Virus record (IMG/VR): IMGVR_UViG_3300043436_004687
Location: 186,001 to 250,000 of that record
Strand: one strand, 5' to 3'
Length of the DNA stretch: 64,000 nt
Shown here: one piece after another, positions 10,897 to 20,288 of the stretch
Position numbering within the stretch: position 1 is the stretch's first letter
Layout of the letters: the number at the start of each line of letters is the position of its first letter
Translations under genes and position numbers: made by a program
The notes under the pieces: model-generated
What the model saw: the letters and a program-made list of their open reading frames with translations, nothing else
Told to the model about the DNA's origin: nothing
Databases searched by the model: none

Positions 10897-11909
10897 TAAA
10901 ATGTTTCTAATTTAATTCGTTTCCAATCTACTTCAGTTTTTACATACAAAAAATTGTTATCAGATATGACATCACCAATTAAACCTATTGTATCTTTACT
11001 TGTTTTTGGTATTTGAGTTTGTGTATTTTTATTACTAAGTTCTTTTATAGCTTCAACTAATAATGCGGTTACATTATCATATTTAACCCCTAAGTATTTA
11101 CCATCTTGACTTGGGAAGACTAATTCTGGAACAATTTCTTTAACTTCTTGGGCAATAAAACCTATTCTAGTCGCATCACCACCATTTTGCCTATCTATCC
11201 AATTATAATAAACACCCCTTAATGCTAATACTTTATCTAAAGCTGAATCAATTGTTATTATATTTTCTTTTAATTTTTCATCACTTAATACGTCTACTAT
11301 ATAACCTTGAGCATTTATTGCTATATCAGTAGTTGAAGCCCCAGTGAATAATTGCCCTATCTTAGTGTATTTATTTATAATTAAATCTTCAGTTTCTAAT
11401 TTACCATTAACCTTTAACCAAACGCCATCACCACTATAATCATTTGTGTTTGCTGAATAAGTATAAACTATTTCACTTATTGCGGTACCAGTAAATAAGT
11501 TAGGTGAATATTCATTAAAATTTGTTATTTTAAATTCAAATGATGTTCCAGAATAATTTTGGTAAACTGTATTACCTATAATTGGATTTATTTGAGGGTC
11601 ATTCCCAACTAAATATGGTTCTACTATTTGTAATGTATTACTATTAGTCGTTGTAATCGTATTTAAATAAGTTTCAGATCCATTCATTTGAGGTAACCCA
11701 AAAGAAAAATTAGTTGTTGTTAAATTACCACTAAAACTTGAAATAACATTTTCATACACCGCTGTTGTTGCGGAAGTAAAATAATCAGGACCGCCAGTTA
11801 ACCCACTATATTGTACCCCAAGATTTATCCCACCATTTAAATTTATAATAGTTTTTTCCTTTTGATTAATTTGTCTATTAGAAAAATCCAATTTAGTTGT
11901 TAAACTCAT
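10896..11909 (-). CDS. Tail fibre protein with peptidase S74 intramolecular chaperone domain
   Basis: SDEKLKENI..I..ALDKV..LRGV.Y.W, IGFIAQEV..I.PELV, LLVEAIKEL. Confidence 0.9.
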   Translation of the reverse strand: MSLTTKLDFSNRQINQKEKTIINLNGGINLGVQYSGLTGGPDYFTSATTAVYENVISSFSGNLTTTNFSFGLPQMNGSETYLNTITTTNSNTLQIVEPYLVGNDPQINPIIGNTVYQNYSGTSFEFKITNFNEYSPNLFTGTAISEIVYTYSANTNDYSGDGVWLKVNGKLETEDLIINKYTKIGQLFTGASTTDIAINAQGYIVDVLSDEKLKENIITIDSALDKVLALRGVYYNWIDRQNGGDATRIGFIAQEVKEIVPELVFPSQDGKYLGVKYDNVTALLVEAIKELSNKNTQTQIPKTSKDTIGLIGDVISDNNFLYVKTEVDWKRIKLETF

Positions 11910-11967
11910 ATAATGTTTTATTATAAATATTAATTAAAAAGTTATATTTATATATAAACTGATATTC

Positions 11968-12450
11968 ATGACAATAATAACAAAAAAAGAGCTTTTTAAA
12001 TATAATAAATCAAATAAGAAAAAATCTGTTGAGGAATTTGTTGATGTAGATGGTTCTTTTATAGAAGGTGATGAAATAGAAAATAGTGATAGTGAAATAA
12101 AAGTACCTAATCAGCAGACTAGTGATGATTATGCTACCCAAGCAATACAACCTGATAGACCAATTGGTGGAATTTCTAATTACTCAACTAGAAGAATTGG
12201 GGAAAATAAAATTAAAAATTTAGTTTCAAAAATACTTGAAGCTGATTCTTCATTAGAAAATTTAACTATTGAAGAATTGTCAAAAACTAAATCTATTTCT
12301 GTTAATAAAGCTAAAGATTTAATTAACACCATTAGTAAGAATAATTTAAATGGTGCTGAAATAGGTGTTTTATTGTCTTATATATTAGAAAATATAAATA
12401 TTAAGTCAATACCAAGAAATTATATTAAGTTGATGAAAAATAAATTATAA
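11968..12450 (+). CDS. Hypothetical protein
   Basis: 160-aa ORF with upstream TATTTAT motif at 11945-11951; first gene of a tightly packed run. Confidence 0.7.
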   Translation: MTIITKKELFKYNKSNKKKSVEEFVDVDGSFIEGDEIENSDSEIKVPNQQTSDDYATQAIQPDRPIGGISNYSTRRIGENKIKNLVSKILEADSSLENLTIEELSKTKSISVNKAKDLINTISKNNLNGAEIGVLLSYILENINIKSIPRNYIKLMKNKL

Positions 12451-12451
12451 G

Positions 12452-12943
12452 ATGGCAAATTCTAAACTAGAAGGTAGGTATTTTACACCACCAGATGAAG
12501 TTATTGAGAAATTAACTTCTGCTATTTCAAAATATGATTTAGATTCTAGAATCAAAGGGTTTTCTAGAGCTAGAGGTATAGTTGATAAGAGTAGAGTTAG
12601 TTATGAACAAATGAAAGCCATAAAATCATATTTCGATAATTATAAAGGTGATAAAACTGATTCTGAATATAAACTAAATGGTGGTCATTCTATGAGTAAG
12701 TGGGTTAATGATGCTCTAAAAACTGGTCGTGATGTAATTGATAAAGTGAAAAGAGTTAGAATGGAGGCTGGTGAGGAAAATCAATTTAAAAAAACCCATG
12801 ATAAAGACAAATCGAAAAATCCAAGTAAGGTTGGAATGGTTAAAATTCATAAGGGTTCTAAAGCTAGGAATATAATGGCTAATGATACTATTTATGAATC
12901 TGAAATTAAGACAATAAAATATTTAATAAATTATTTAAAATAA
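12452..12943 (+). CDS. Hypothetical protein
   Basis: 163-aa ORF, 1-nt gap to the previous gene. Confidence 0.7.
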   Translation: MANSKLEGRYFTPPDEVIEKLTSAISKYDLDSRIKGFSRARGIVDKSRVSYEQMKAIKSYFDNYKGDKTDSEYKLNGGHSMSKWVNDALKTGRDVIDKVKRVRMEAGEENQFKKTHDKDKSKNPSKVGMVKIHKGSKARNIMANDTIYESEIKTIKYLINYLK

Positions 12944-12950
12944 AAGTATT

Positions 12951-13274
12951 ATGAGTGTACAAAGTAAATTAGAATTGATTGCAATTCAACAAAGAAATAT
13001 ATTACTACCTGTAAACAACTATAATGTAGGCGTAAGTAATAATTATAGTGAGACACATACCAGAGCATTAAGCGACCAAACAACCCCAATTAATGGTAAA
13101 GGTACTGGAGTGTTTTTAGATACAAATAATGGTGGTGGTTCTTTAGATGTAAATGGTGTACCACAAGCCGCTGGTTCTGGTAGATTAGCTAATTTAGCGG
13201 TCAATCAATATAATCAAAATAATGGTTATACTCACCCTAATACTTCTGGTAACATAGGTCAAGTTATAATTTAA
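12951..13274 (+). CDS. Hypothetical protein (Gly/Asn-rich, probable virion protein)
   Basis: 107-aa ORF in operon context. Confidence 0.7.
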   Translation: MSVQSKLELIAIQQRNILLPVNNYNVGVSNNYSETHTRALSDQTTPINGKGTGVFLDTNNGGGSLDVNGVPQAAGSGRLANLAVNQYNQNNGYTHPNTSGNIGQVII

Positions 13275-13285
13275 TTTATTTTTTT

Positions 13286-13708
13286 ATGTTAAAACTTCAT
13301 AATTTTTATAAAACCATTATATTAGAAAGTGTAGATAGACAGAAAGTTATTGATGCTATAGATAAAAGATATAGGGTTAATATTGATTATATAGGTGATT
13401 CGGAAACAACGCCTGGTAAAAGAACTATCGAAGTTTATGCGTTTGGTATATCTAAGGCTGGTAATTTAATTATAAGGGCTTATCAAGGTTTTGGTAAAAC
13501 CACTAGTGTAATCCCATCTTGGAAAACATTTAGATTGGATAGAATAGTAAATTGGACTCCTATTAACACTGTTAAGGGTATCTTTAACTCACCAATTTCA
13601 GATAGAGGCGAGGGAATTCCAAAATTTAACCCAAATGGTGATAGATCTATGGCAACTGTTTATAAAATAGTAAATTTTAATAATGATAAAATAAATAATA
13701 ATGGATAA
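13286..13708 (+). CDS. Stand-alone WYL-domain protein
   Basis: AI..RY.V.I.Y, R.IEVYAFG, IIRAYQ, WKTFRLDRI; no HTH domain. Confidence 0.85.
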   Translation: MLKLHNFYKTIILESVDRQKVIDAIDKRYRVNIDYIGDSETTPGKRTIEVYAFGISKAGNLIIRAYQGFGKTTSVIPSWKTFRLDRIVNWTPINTVKGIFNSPISDRGEGIPKFNPNGDRSMATVYKIVNFNNDKINNNG

Positions 13709-14237
13709 TGATAGACTAAATGCTATGTTAAGAGGCGCTAAAAATCTTATGAGTCATATTGATGAAAAAGGTGTCCCTGAGATTACAAATAAATTAAATG
13801 AAGGTTATGGACACATCGATACTAGTGATGTTGTAGATTTACCCAATATAGATTTACCAACAAAAAATAAAGTAGTACCTTTGAAGAATTTAAACACATC
13901 TAAAATGGATCCTAGAATTCTTGAATCTTTAAAAAAACAACCATCATTAACAGTAGATCCTAATGCAAGTTTAGGTGGTAGAATGATAGACCCTACTTTA
14001 TTTAAAAAAAATCAAGTAAAACAACCAAACCAACAAAAACCTCTTGTTAATGAAAATGTTAAAATGTCAAATAATGGCTCAATTATGGTTAATCCAGAAC
14101 AATTGAAACAAATGGTTAAGGATTGTTTATTGGAATTTATGACCACGACATTTACAAAGAATTTAAGTGAAACGGTAATTAAAACCACAATAAAATCATT
14201 GATATCCGAGGGTAAGATTACGGCAAAAACTAAATAA
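13701..14237 (+). CDS. Hypothetical protein
   Basis: 178-aa ORF overlapping the WYL gene by 8 nt, followed by a terminator. Confidence 0.7.
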   Translation: MDNDRLNAMLRGAKNLMSHIDEKGVPEITNKLNEGYGHIDTSDVVDLPNIDLPTKNKVVPLKNLNTSKMDPRILESLKKQPSLTVDPNASLGGRMIDPTLFKKNQVKQPNQQKPLVNENVKMSNNGSIMVNPEQLKQMVKDCLLEFMTTTFTKNLSETVIKTTIKSLISEGKITAKTK

Positions 14238-14274
14238 AATAAAAACCACTTAAATATTTAAGTGGTTTTTATTT
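14237..14274. terminator. Palindromic intrinsic terminator
   Basis: Perfect 38-bp palindrome aaataaaaaccacttaaat|atttaagtggtttttattt directly after the stop codon. Confidence 0.8.
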
Positions 14275-14318
14275 ATTAATTTATTTTTTTGATTAAATTT
14301 AATTAAATTATTTAATTG

Positions 14319-16811
14319 ATGGATAAAAAAAGAATAAAAATATTGGTTTTACCTAGCGATAGGTCTGGTGTTGGAAAATATAGATCTACTGCACCACATT
14401 TACATTTAGAGAAAATGTTTCCTGATGAATTTTCGGTTGATATTGAGTATGAACCTCAATTAGATAACGATGAGTGGTTATCACAATATGATATTATACA
14501 TTATCATAGACAAATAGGTTCGTTTGAAACTACTAAAGATGTTTTAGATAGGTTAGATAGATTAAATATTATCTCAATAATGGATTTAGACGATTATTGG
14601 GCGCCTGGACCACATCACCCAGCTTATTTAACTATAAAATCACATGAAATTGATAAAAAAATTGTAAATAATCTTAGATTAGCTAAAAATATTACCACTA
14701 CAACCGATATATTTGCTAAAGAAATTAGTAAATTAAATAAAAATGTTTTCGTGTTACCTAATGCTATTGACCCTAATGAAAAACAATTTCAAATAACCCC
14801 AATTAAATCAAATAGAATTAGAGTGGGATATTTAGGTGGGAGTTGTTATGATGATAAGACTGAAATATTAACTGATAATGGTTTTAAATTATTTAAAGAT
14901 TTAGATAAAACTGAAAAAGTAGCAACTTTAAATCCAATTACAAATGAAATTGAATATCAACAACCACTTAATTATATAGCAGAACCTTACTCTGGTTTAT
15001 TAAATTGTGCTAAAACTAAATTTATTGATTATGCTGTCACACCTAACCATAATATGTATTGTTCGGAAGCTAAGGTATTAGGTCATAAAAAACTAAATTT
15101 AAGTTTAATTAAATCTGAGGATATTCATGGTAAAAATTTCCACGTTAAAAGAGATGGGGTTTGGGTTGGTAAAGAAGAAAAGTTTTTTAAATTACCTAAA
15201 TTAACTTTAAATAAAAACTTACCGAATTTACAAGAATTAATTGATTTAATCAATAAAGATGATTTAAATTTAATCAATAAAAACGAAGAATTATTTTTAA
15301 AATATAAAAATGTTGTTGGGCGTGGAATTTTTGGTAATAATAATGAAGAAAAGAGTTTAGAAATTAGATGCTCTGTTAAAGGTAAATACTATATATACCC
15401 AAGACCGTATAATTTAAATAAATATGGTGAGGATAGATATTTGGACATGGATAAATGGTTAGAATTTTTTGGTTTTTGGATTGCAGAAGGTTGGACAACC
15501 AAAAGTAAAAATTTAGAACAAGTTGGTGTTTGTCAATCAAAAGGTAATGAGTATTTATCTAGAATGTTTGATTTATTAACTGAAATGGGTTTCAATCCTA
15601 AATATACCAAAGATAAAAAACAAATACGAATTTTTGATAAACAAGTTTGGACTTATTTATCACAATTTGGTGGTGCACATGATAAACATATCCCTAAATA
15701 TATTTTTGATTTATCACCAAGACAAATAAAAATATTTTTTGATTGGTTTGTAAATGGGGATGGATCTCGTGACACTAGTTCTGGTAAATATTTAAAAACA
15801 ACTTGTTACTCTAGTTCTAAAAATTTAATAGATGGTTTACAAGAATTAGCTTTAAAAATGGGATTAGTCACAGGCTTTAAAAATAGGGGTAAAAGACATT
15901 CTATTATTAGAGATAGATATATTACTAATGTAAAAGATTCGTTAGAATTAACAGTATCATCTAAAGGTAAGTATGTTCATACGACACCTTTAGTTCGTTC
16001 GGAAGAACAATTCACCAAACAATATGATGGTTTAGTTTATTGTGTGGAAGTCCCAAATCATATTTTATTGGTTAGAAGAAATGGTAAAATATTTTGGTGT
16101 GGAAATAGTCACAGAAAAGATCTTGAACTTTTAGGTCAAATGGTGTCTAAATTAAATAGTGAAAAATTATTAGATAAAATTCAATTTGTTGCTTGTGGTT
16201 TTGATACTAGAGGCGTTGTAACAACAATCGACCCTATTACCAAAAAAGAAATAGGTAGAAGAGATTCAACACCAATGGAAAGTGTTTGGATTGAATATGA
16301 AAAAATATTTACAAATAATTATACTACAATTAGCCCAGAATATAAAGCTCATTTAATGAGTTTTAATAAAAATGAATTTGTTGGTATTGAAAATGAACCA
16401 TATAGAAGGGTTTGGACTAAAGATGTCAATGCTTATGCGAGTAATTATAATTTATTTGATATTTCATTAGCACCAATTGAATCTAATATTTTTAATGCAA
16501 TGAAATCTAATTTAAAGGTAATTGAATCTGGTTTTTTTAAAAAACCTATTATAGCTTCTAATTATGGTCCATATAAAATTGATTTAATTGATGCTTTTGT
16601 TAAGGGTGGTACTTTTAATGAAAATGGTAATGGTTTTTTAGTTAATAATAACGATAAAGATTGGGTCAGATATATTAAGATGTTAGTTAATAACCCAGAA
16701 AAAATTGAATTATTAGGTAATAATTTATATAATACAGTCAAAGATTTATATTGTATGGATAATGTTACTAAAGATAGAAGAGAATTGTATAATAAATTAT
16801 TAAATAAATAA
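14319..16811 (+). CDS. GT-B (GT4-like) glycosyltransferase interrupted by an intein
   Basis: N-extein has SGVGKYRS, MDLDDYW, VLPNAID, RVGYLGGS. C-extein has SHRKDL, DISLAP...FNAMKSNLKVIESG...IIASNYGPY. Confidence 0.88.
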   Translation: MDKKRIKILVLPSDRSGVGKYRSTAPHLHLEKMFPDEFSVDIEYEPQLDNDEWLSQYDIIHYHRQIGSFETTKDVLDRLDRLNIISIMDLDDYWAPGPHHPAYLTIKSHEIDKKIVNNLRLAKNITTTTDIFAKEISKLNKNVFVLPNAIDPNEKQFQITPIKSNRIRVGYLGGSCYDDKTEILTDNGFKLFKDLDKTEKVATLNPITNEIEYQQPLNYIAEPYSGLLNCAKTKFIDYAVTPNHNMYCSEAKVLGHKKLNLSLIKSEDIHGKNFHVKRDGVWVGKEEKFFKLPKLTLNKNLPNLQELIDLINKDDLNLINKNEELFLKYKNVVGRGIFGNNNEEKSLEIRCSVKGKYYIYPRPYNLNKYGEDRYLDMDKWLEFFGFWIAEGWTTKSKNLEQVGVCQSKGNEYLSRMFDLLTEMGFNPKYTKDKKQIRIFDKQVWTYLSQFGGAHDKHIPKYIFDLSPRQIKIFFDWFVNGDGSRDTSSGKYLKTTCYSSSKNLIDGLQELALKMGLVTGFKNRGKRHSIIRDRYITNVKDSLELTVSSKGKYVHTTPLVRSEEQFTKQYDGLVYCVEVPNHILLVRRNGKIFWCGNSHRKDLELLGQMVSKLNSEKLLDKIQFVACGFDTRGVVTTIDPITKKEIGRRDSTPMESVWIEYEKIFTNNYTTISPEYKAHLMSFNKNEFVGIENEPYRRVWTKDVNAYASNYNLFDISLAPIESNIFNAMKSNLKVIESGFFKKPIIASNYGPYKIDLIDAFVKGGTFNENGNGFLVNNNDKDWVRYIKMLVNNPEKIELLGNNLYNTVKDLYCMDNVTKDRRELYNKLLNK
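14844..16106 (+). mobile_element. Intein (421 aa) with LAGLIDADG homing endonuclease
   Basis: Begins CYDDKTEILT; block B VTPNHNMY; LAGLIDADG-like FFGFWIAEGW and WFVNGDGS; ends VYCVEVPNH...WCGN followed by Ser(+1). Confidence 0.93.
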
Positions 16812-16813
16812 AA

Positions 16814-17359
16814 ATGCAAACAATAGCACAAAGATTAGCTAGTAAATTAAGGGTAATGTCAAAATCTGATTCTGACAAACTACTTGAAATTAGTGTATTA
16901 GAATTACAAGCAAATACTAAGGAAGATTTTATTAATTTAGAGAATAAAATTAAAATCTTTAAATCTGGATTTTCTTTATCCGAAGAAGAATGGTTGTCTA
17001 ATGATAAATTTGATGAAAGAATTTTAGAAAAAGAAACTAGTGATTCTTCAATGGTGGATTCTACAACAATTTATCGTAAAGGTGAAGTGTTAGATAATGA
17101 TTTTGATGTTTTGGAAGCTAATTTAGAGGATAGTTTAAATAAACTTAATAATTTAAAAGAATTGATTTATAAATCTGTGAATAAATTAAAAGAATTCCCA
17201 ATATCACCAAATTCTAATGTTAGCAATACATGTGGTGAACCAGAATATGGACCAACAGATACTATTGGTAAATTAGGAACTAAATTTCAATGGTTAGATA
17301 GTATTATTTGTGATTATCAACTTATTTCTAATCATTTAGTTAAAATAATTGGTGAATAA
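16814..17359 (+). CDS. Hypothetical protein
   Basis: 181-aa ORF directly after the GT gene. Confidence 0.65.
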   Translation: MQTIAQRLASKLRVMSKSDSDKLLEISVLELQANTKEDFINLENKIKIFKSGFSLSEEEWLSNDKFDERILEKETSDSSMVDSTTIYRKGEVLDNDFDVLEANLEDSLNKLNNLKELIYKSVNKLKEFPISPNSNVSNTCGEPEYGPTDTIGKLGTKFQWLDSIICDYQLISNHLVKIIGE

Positions 17360-18158
17360 TATGAGAATCAATAAATTAAATGCAATTAAGAACAACCTAA
17401 TTTTTAATTTCAAAGATACATTCATAAAAAATTATTATTCAAATAATAAACGCTTATTGACCAATAAACAGCAAATAGGTTTATGGTTTTTAAGTAGGTT
17501 TGATTGTTTATTAGCTTTATTTGGTTATAAACGTAAATATACAACCAAATCTTTAACTTCATTATATGAAATGAGTAATGATAATTTCTTTTTAAATGGT
17601 CAAAAGACTAGTAATTTGAAAAGTAATAGTTTTCATTATTTCTTAACTAAATTAATGAATAAATTATTTAGAAACAACTTTACCAACAACTTTATTTTAG
17701 AAAATAACTTAAGTGTAAATACAGCTCAAAACGGTGTTTTAAATGACAAAGAAATTGAATATTTTAATAAATCACAAGAAAGGATTTATAAAATATTTAA
17801 CGATCCTTCATTAGAGACTAATGATAATTCAGCATTTCTAAATTTTTTTAATGACTATCGGGAATCGAAAAAAATAAAAGATGTTTTCAAAACACAATCA
17901 TTACCCAAATCTTTTGATAAATTTATTAAAATTAGTGTTGATAAAAGAAATGCTGAATTATCTAAATTACCATACTTTAGTGCTATGTTACCTTATTGGT
18001 TAGATAATAATGAATTAAGATTTTTCAGAATGGATTTAAAAATAGGATATAAAGATGAGTTTGAAAAAAAATATTTCGGCTTTACCAAAATTCCAACAAA
18101 AGAAGAATTAGATTTATTCCTAAAAGAAAATAAAACAATAGAATATGGACATAATTAA
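17349..18158 (+). CDS. Hypothetical protein
   Basis: 269-aa ORF; start may be ATG 17361. Confidence 0.6.
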   Translation: MVNNMRINKLNAIKNNLIFNFKDTFIKNYYSNNKRLLTNKQQIGLWFLSRFDCLLALFGYKRKYTTKSLTSLYEMSNDNFFLNGQKTSNLKSNSFHYFLTKLMNKLFRNNFTNNFILENNLSVNTAQNGVLNDKEIEYFNKSQERIYKIFNDPSLETNDNSAFLNFFNDYRESKKIKDVFKTQSLPKSFDKFIKISVDKRNAELSKLPYFSAMLPYWLDNNELRFFRMDLKIGYKDEFEKKYFGFTKIPTKEELDLFLKENKTIEYGHN

Positions 18159-18561
18159 AGAATCAATGAAAACAAATAGATGGCTATTGACTTTCCCTCC
18201 AGAATTAGGGTTTGGGAGAAGTTGGGTAACTAGAGTGGACACACCAAAATTAGTTATCAGTAAAAATCATAAAATAAAATGTAAAAAAATGAAAATTATT
18301 TTGTATGATTCGATACACCCTTATAAACCAAGAAACATTTTAGATTGGATCCTTTTAAATGATGGAATTAAAGAAACTACTACTGACATTAAATTACAAC
18401 TTTTAGATCCTACTGGGGTTGTTGTTGTAAAATGGGATTTATTAGATTGTAAGTTAAAATCAGTTGATTTTGGTAGTTTTAACATTGGTGATAATTCTCC
18501 TGTTGAAATATCATTAACCATAAAACCAAAAGAAATTAAAATAAATAAGATTCAATTGTAA
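18145..18561 (+). CDS. Tail-tube (T4 gp19-like) protein paralog
   Basis: K.NRW.L.FP.ELG, DIKLQLLDPTGVVV.KW.L, VDFGSFN....PVEISLTI. Confidence 0.65.
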   Translation: MDIIKESMKTNRWLLTFPPELGFGRSWVTRVDTPKLVISKNHKIKCKKMKIILYDSIHPYKPRNILDWILLNDGIKETTTDIKLQLLDPTGVVVVKWDLLDCKLKSVDFGSFNIGDNSPVEISLTIKPKEIKINKIQL

Positions 18562-18588
18562 AATATATTACAATATAAAAAATATGAT

Positions 18589-18810
18589 ATGAAAATAAAT
18601 TCTTATGAAGATATAACAAGTTTTGAAATAGCTTATGAATATTTAAATTTAAATCCTAGTGATTATAATTCTGTTGAGGGGAAATTAGAAATTATCAATC
18701 AAGCTATGATTAGAGCAGGTGGTTTAGAAGAAACATTTGAAACAAATTTAAATGATAAGAAATTAAATGTCTTATTAAATAAAGCTAAAAAATCATTTTT
18801 AATTAAATAA
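18589..18810 (+). CDS. Hypothetical protein
   Basis: 73-aa ORF (I.SYEDITSFE.A). Confidence 0.55.
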   Translation: MKINSYEDITSFEIAYEYLNLNPSDYNSVEGKLEIINQAMIRAGGLEETFETNLNDKKLNVLLNKAKKSFLIK

Positions 18811-18818
18811 ATTATAAG

Positions 18819-19259
18819 ATGAAAGGAAAATATTTAATAACAACTGATTCTTGGTTTTATGCACCTAATGGAAAACAATATAGATGAGTATGGGGTGAGG
18901 TTGAAATATTAGGTGATAATATTTTAGGTATTAAAACAAATGCTAGAAGTGTAAATTGGTTTGCTAAGGTAGGTAGTGAAAGTAATCATATTATTATTGC
19001 TGGTTGTCAAATTCATTATGCTGTTAAAAGTAATAATAAACCAAATATGAATGAGGTTGAAGATTATTCATTAGAAAATGGTGAATTTAAACCATACACT
19101 AGACCTTCTGTTATTTATATAGCAGAACCCACAAAAGATTATGAGACAATAGAACAACAAAATAAACTAATTTCTTTAATTCAAGAACAAGGTTTTAAAA
19201 AAGTTGGTGATATTGAAAATCGTGGTAAATTTATTTACTTAACTGGGATTAAAATTTAA
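18819..19259 (+). pseudogene. 146-codon ORF broken by one in-frame TGA
   Basis: ATG 18819 MKGKYLITTDSWFYAPNGKQYR, TGA at 18885-18887, then VWGEVEILG... open and in frame with the 19047-19259 ORF. Confidence 0.75.
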
Positions 19260-19263
19260 AAAT

Positions 19264-20226
19264 ATGTTAAAAGATTTAAAAGTAATTAAAAGAGAAGAAA
19301 TTAAAAATATTTTATTTGAAAAAGATAATGTAATTTATTGTGGAAAATCTAAAGATTTTATTACTAAAGAATATGTTATTATAAAAGGTGAAATTTTTTT
19401 ATATTTAGAAAGAATTTTTAAAAATAATCTTATCGGTAAAGAAATTATTTATTTTAGTTTCGCTTCTAAAACAAATTTTAATTTATATTCAACTATTGTA
19501 TATTTTAGAAATGGTGAATTTAATAAAATAAAACAACAATTTAAATTTGGTAATGAGATAATAATACTTAAAGACCGTGTTAAAGGTAATGTTGATCAAT
19601 TTGTCTATCGTTCCCAAATTAAAAAATCTTTGAAATGTAAAAAATGTGTGCAATATAATATGTTGAAATTTACTTTATGGGAAAAGATGGTGTATAGTTA
19701 TTTTAAAAATACATTATCCGAATTTACTTTTTCTTATTTTTATAAGAATTATGAAGAAGAACTTAAGAATTATGAAGAAAAAAATAAAAAATGTGATTGT
19801 GTTAATAAAAAATATGAAATTAATAACATTTTAAATAGATTTATTGAAAGGGGTTATAAAAATAATAAATTAATTTATAAATGTAGTAGGTTTTATGGAT
19901 ATCTGGATAATGGTTGGTGTAAAATTTTTGATAGGGGTAAAGTTATTGCGTTTTTATCAGACCATAAAATAAATTATTTTGATTTAAAAAGCGGTCTGTT
20001 TGTTAAAAGAAATAAAGAGGGTAAATTAATTTCAATAACTAAAAATGGTGAATGTCTTCTTAAAATTAAAAGATATGGTGGTAAAATAATAGAATATTGG
20101 GATTATATGGGAAATATTTATTATAAAAAAGTGTTTAAAAATCCATGTCAATTAGATGGTGAGGAAATATTTAAACTAAACTGCTTAGATTTAAACTTAA
20201 AATCTTTAATTGATAATGATATTTAA
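19264..20226 (+). CDS. Hypothetical protein (Lys/Tyr-rich)
   Basis: 320-aa ORF; C-terminus weakly resembles MORN-variant repeats. Confidence 0.6.
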   Translation: MLKDLKVIKREEIKNILFEKDNVIYCGKSKDFITKEYVIIKGEIFLYLERIFKNNLIGKEIIYFSFASKTNFNLYSTIVYFRNGEFNKIKQQFKFGNEIIILKDRVKGNVDQFVYRSQIKKSLKCKKCVQYNMLKFTLWEKMVYSYFKNTLSEFTFSYFYKNYEEELKNYEEKNKKCDCVNKKYEINNILNRFIERGYKNNKLIYKCSRFYGYLDNGWCKIFDRGKVIAFLSDHKINYFDLKSGLFVKRNKEGKLISITKNGECLLKIKRYGGKIIEYWDYMGNIYYKKVFKNPCQLDGEEIFKLNCLDLNLKSLIDNDI

Positions 20227-20261
20227 TAGTATTTTTTATTGCAACATTATACATTAAAATT

Positions 20262-20269
20262 TATATTTG
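20262..20269 (+). promoter_or_regulatory. Bacteroidota-type -7 promoter element
   Basis: TATATTTG about 20 nt upstream of ATG 20289. Confidence 0.6.
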
Positions 20270-20288
20270 CAACATAAAAATAAATACT

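Noticed and set aside
3792-11909. Diversity-generating retroelement acting on tail fibres
   Set aside because: No reverse transcriptase and no TR/VR pair differing at adenines was seen; the repeats are ordinary coding repeats.
18885-18887. Selenocysteine codon
   Set aside because: No redox motif context and no evident SECIS-like hairpin directly downstream.
19744-19779. Direct repeat aagaattatgaagaa x2
   Set aside because: Simple in-frame duplication (KNYEE-EL-KNYEE) in a low-complexity coding region.
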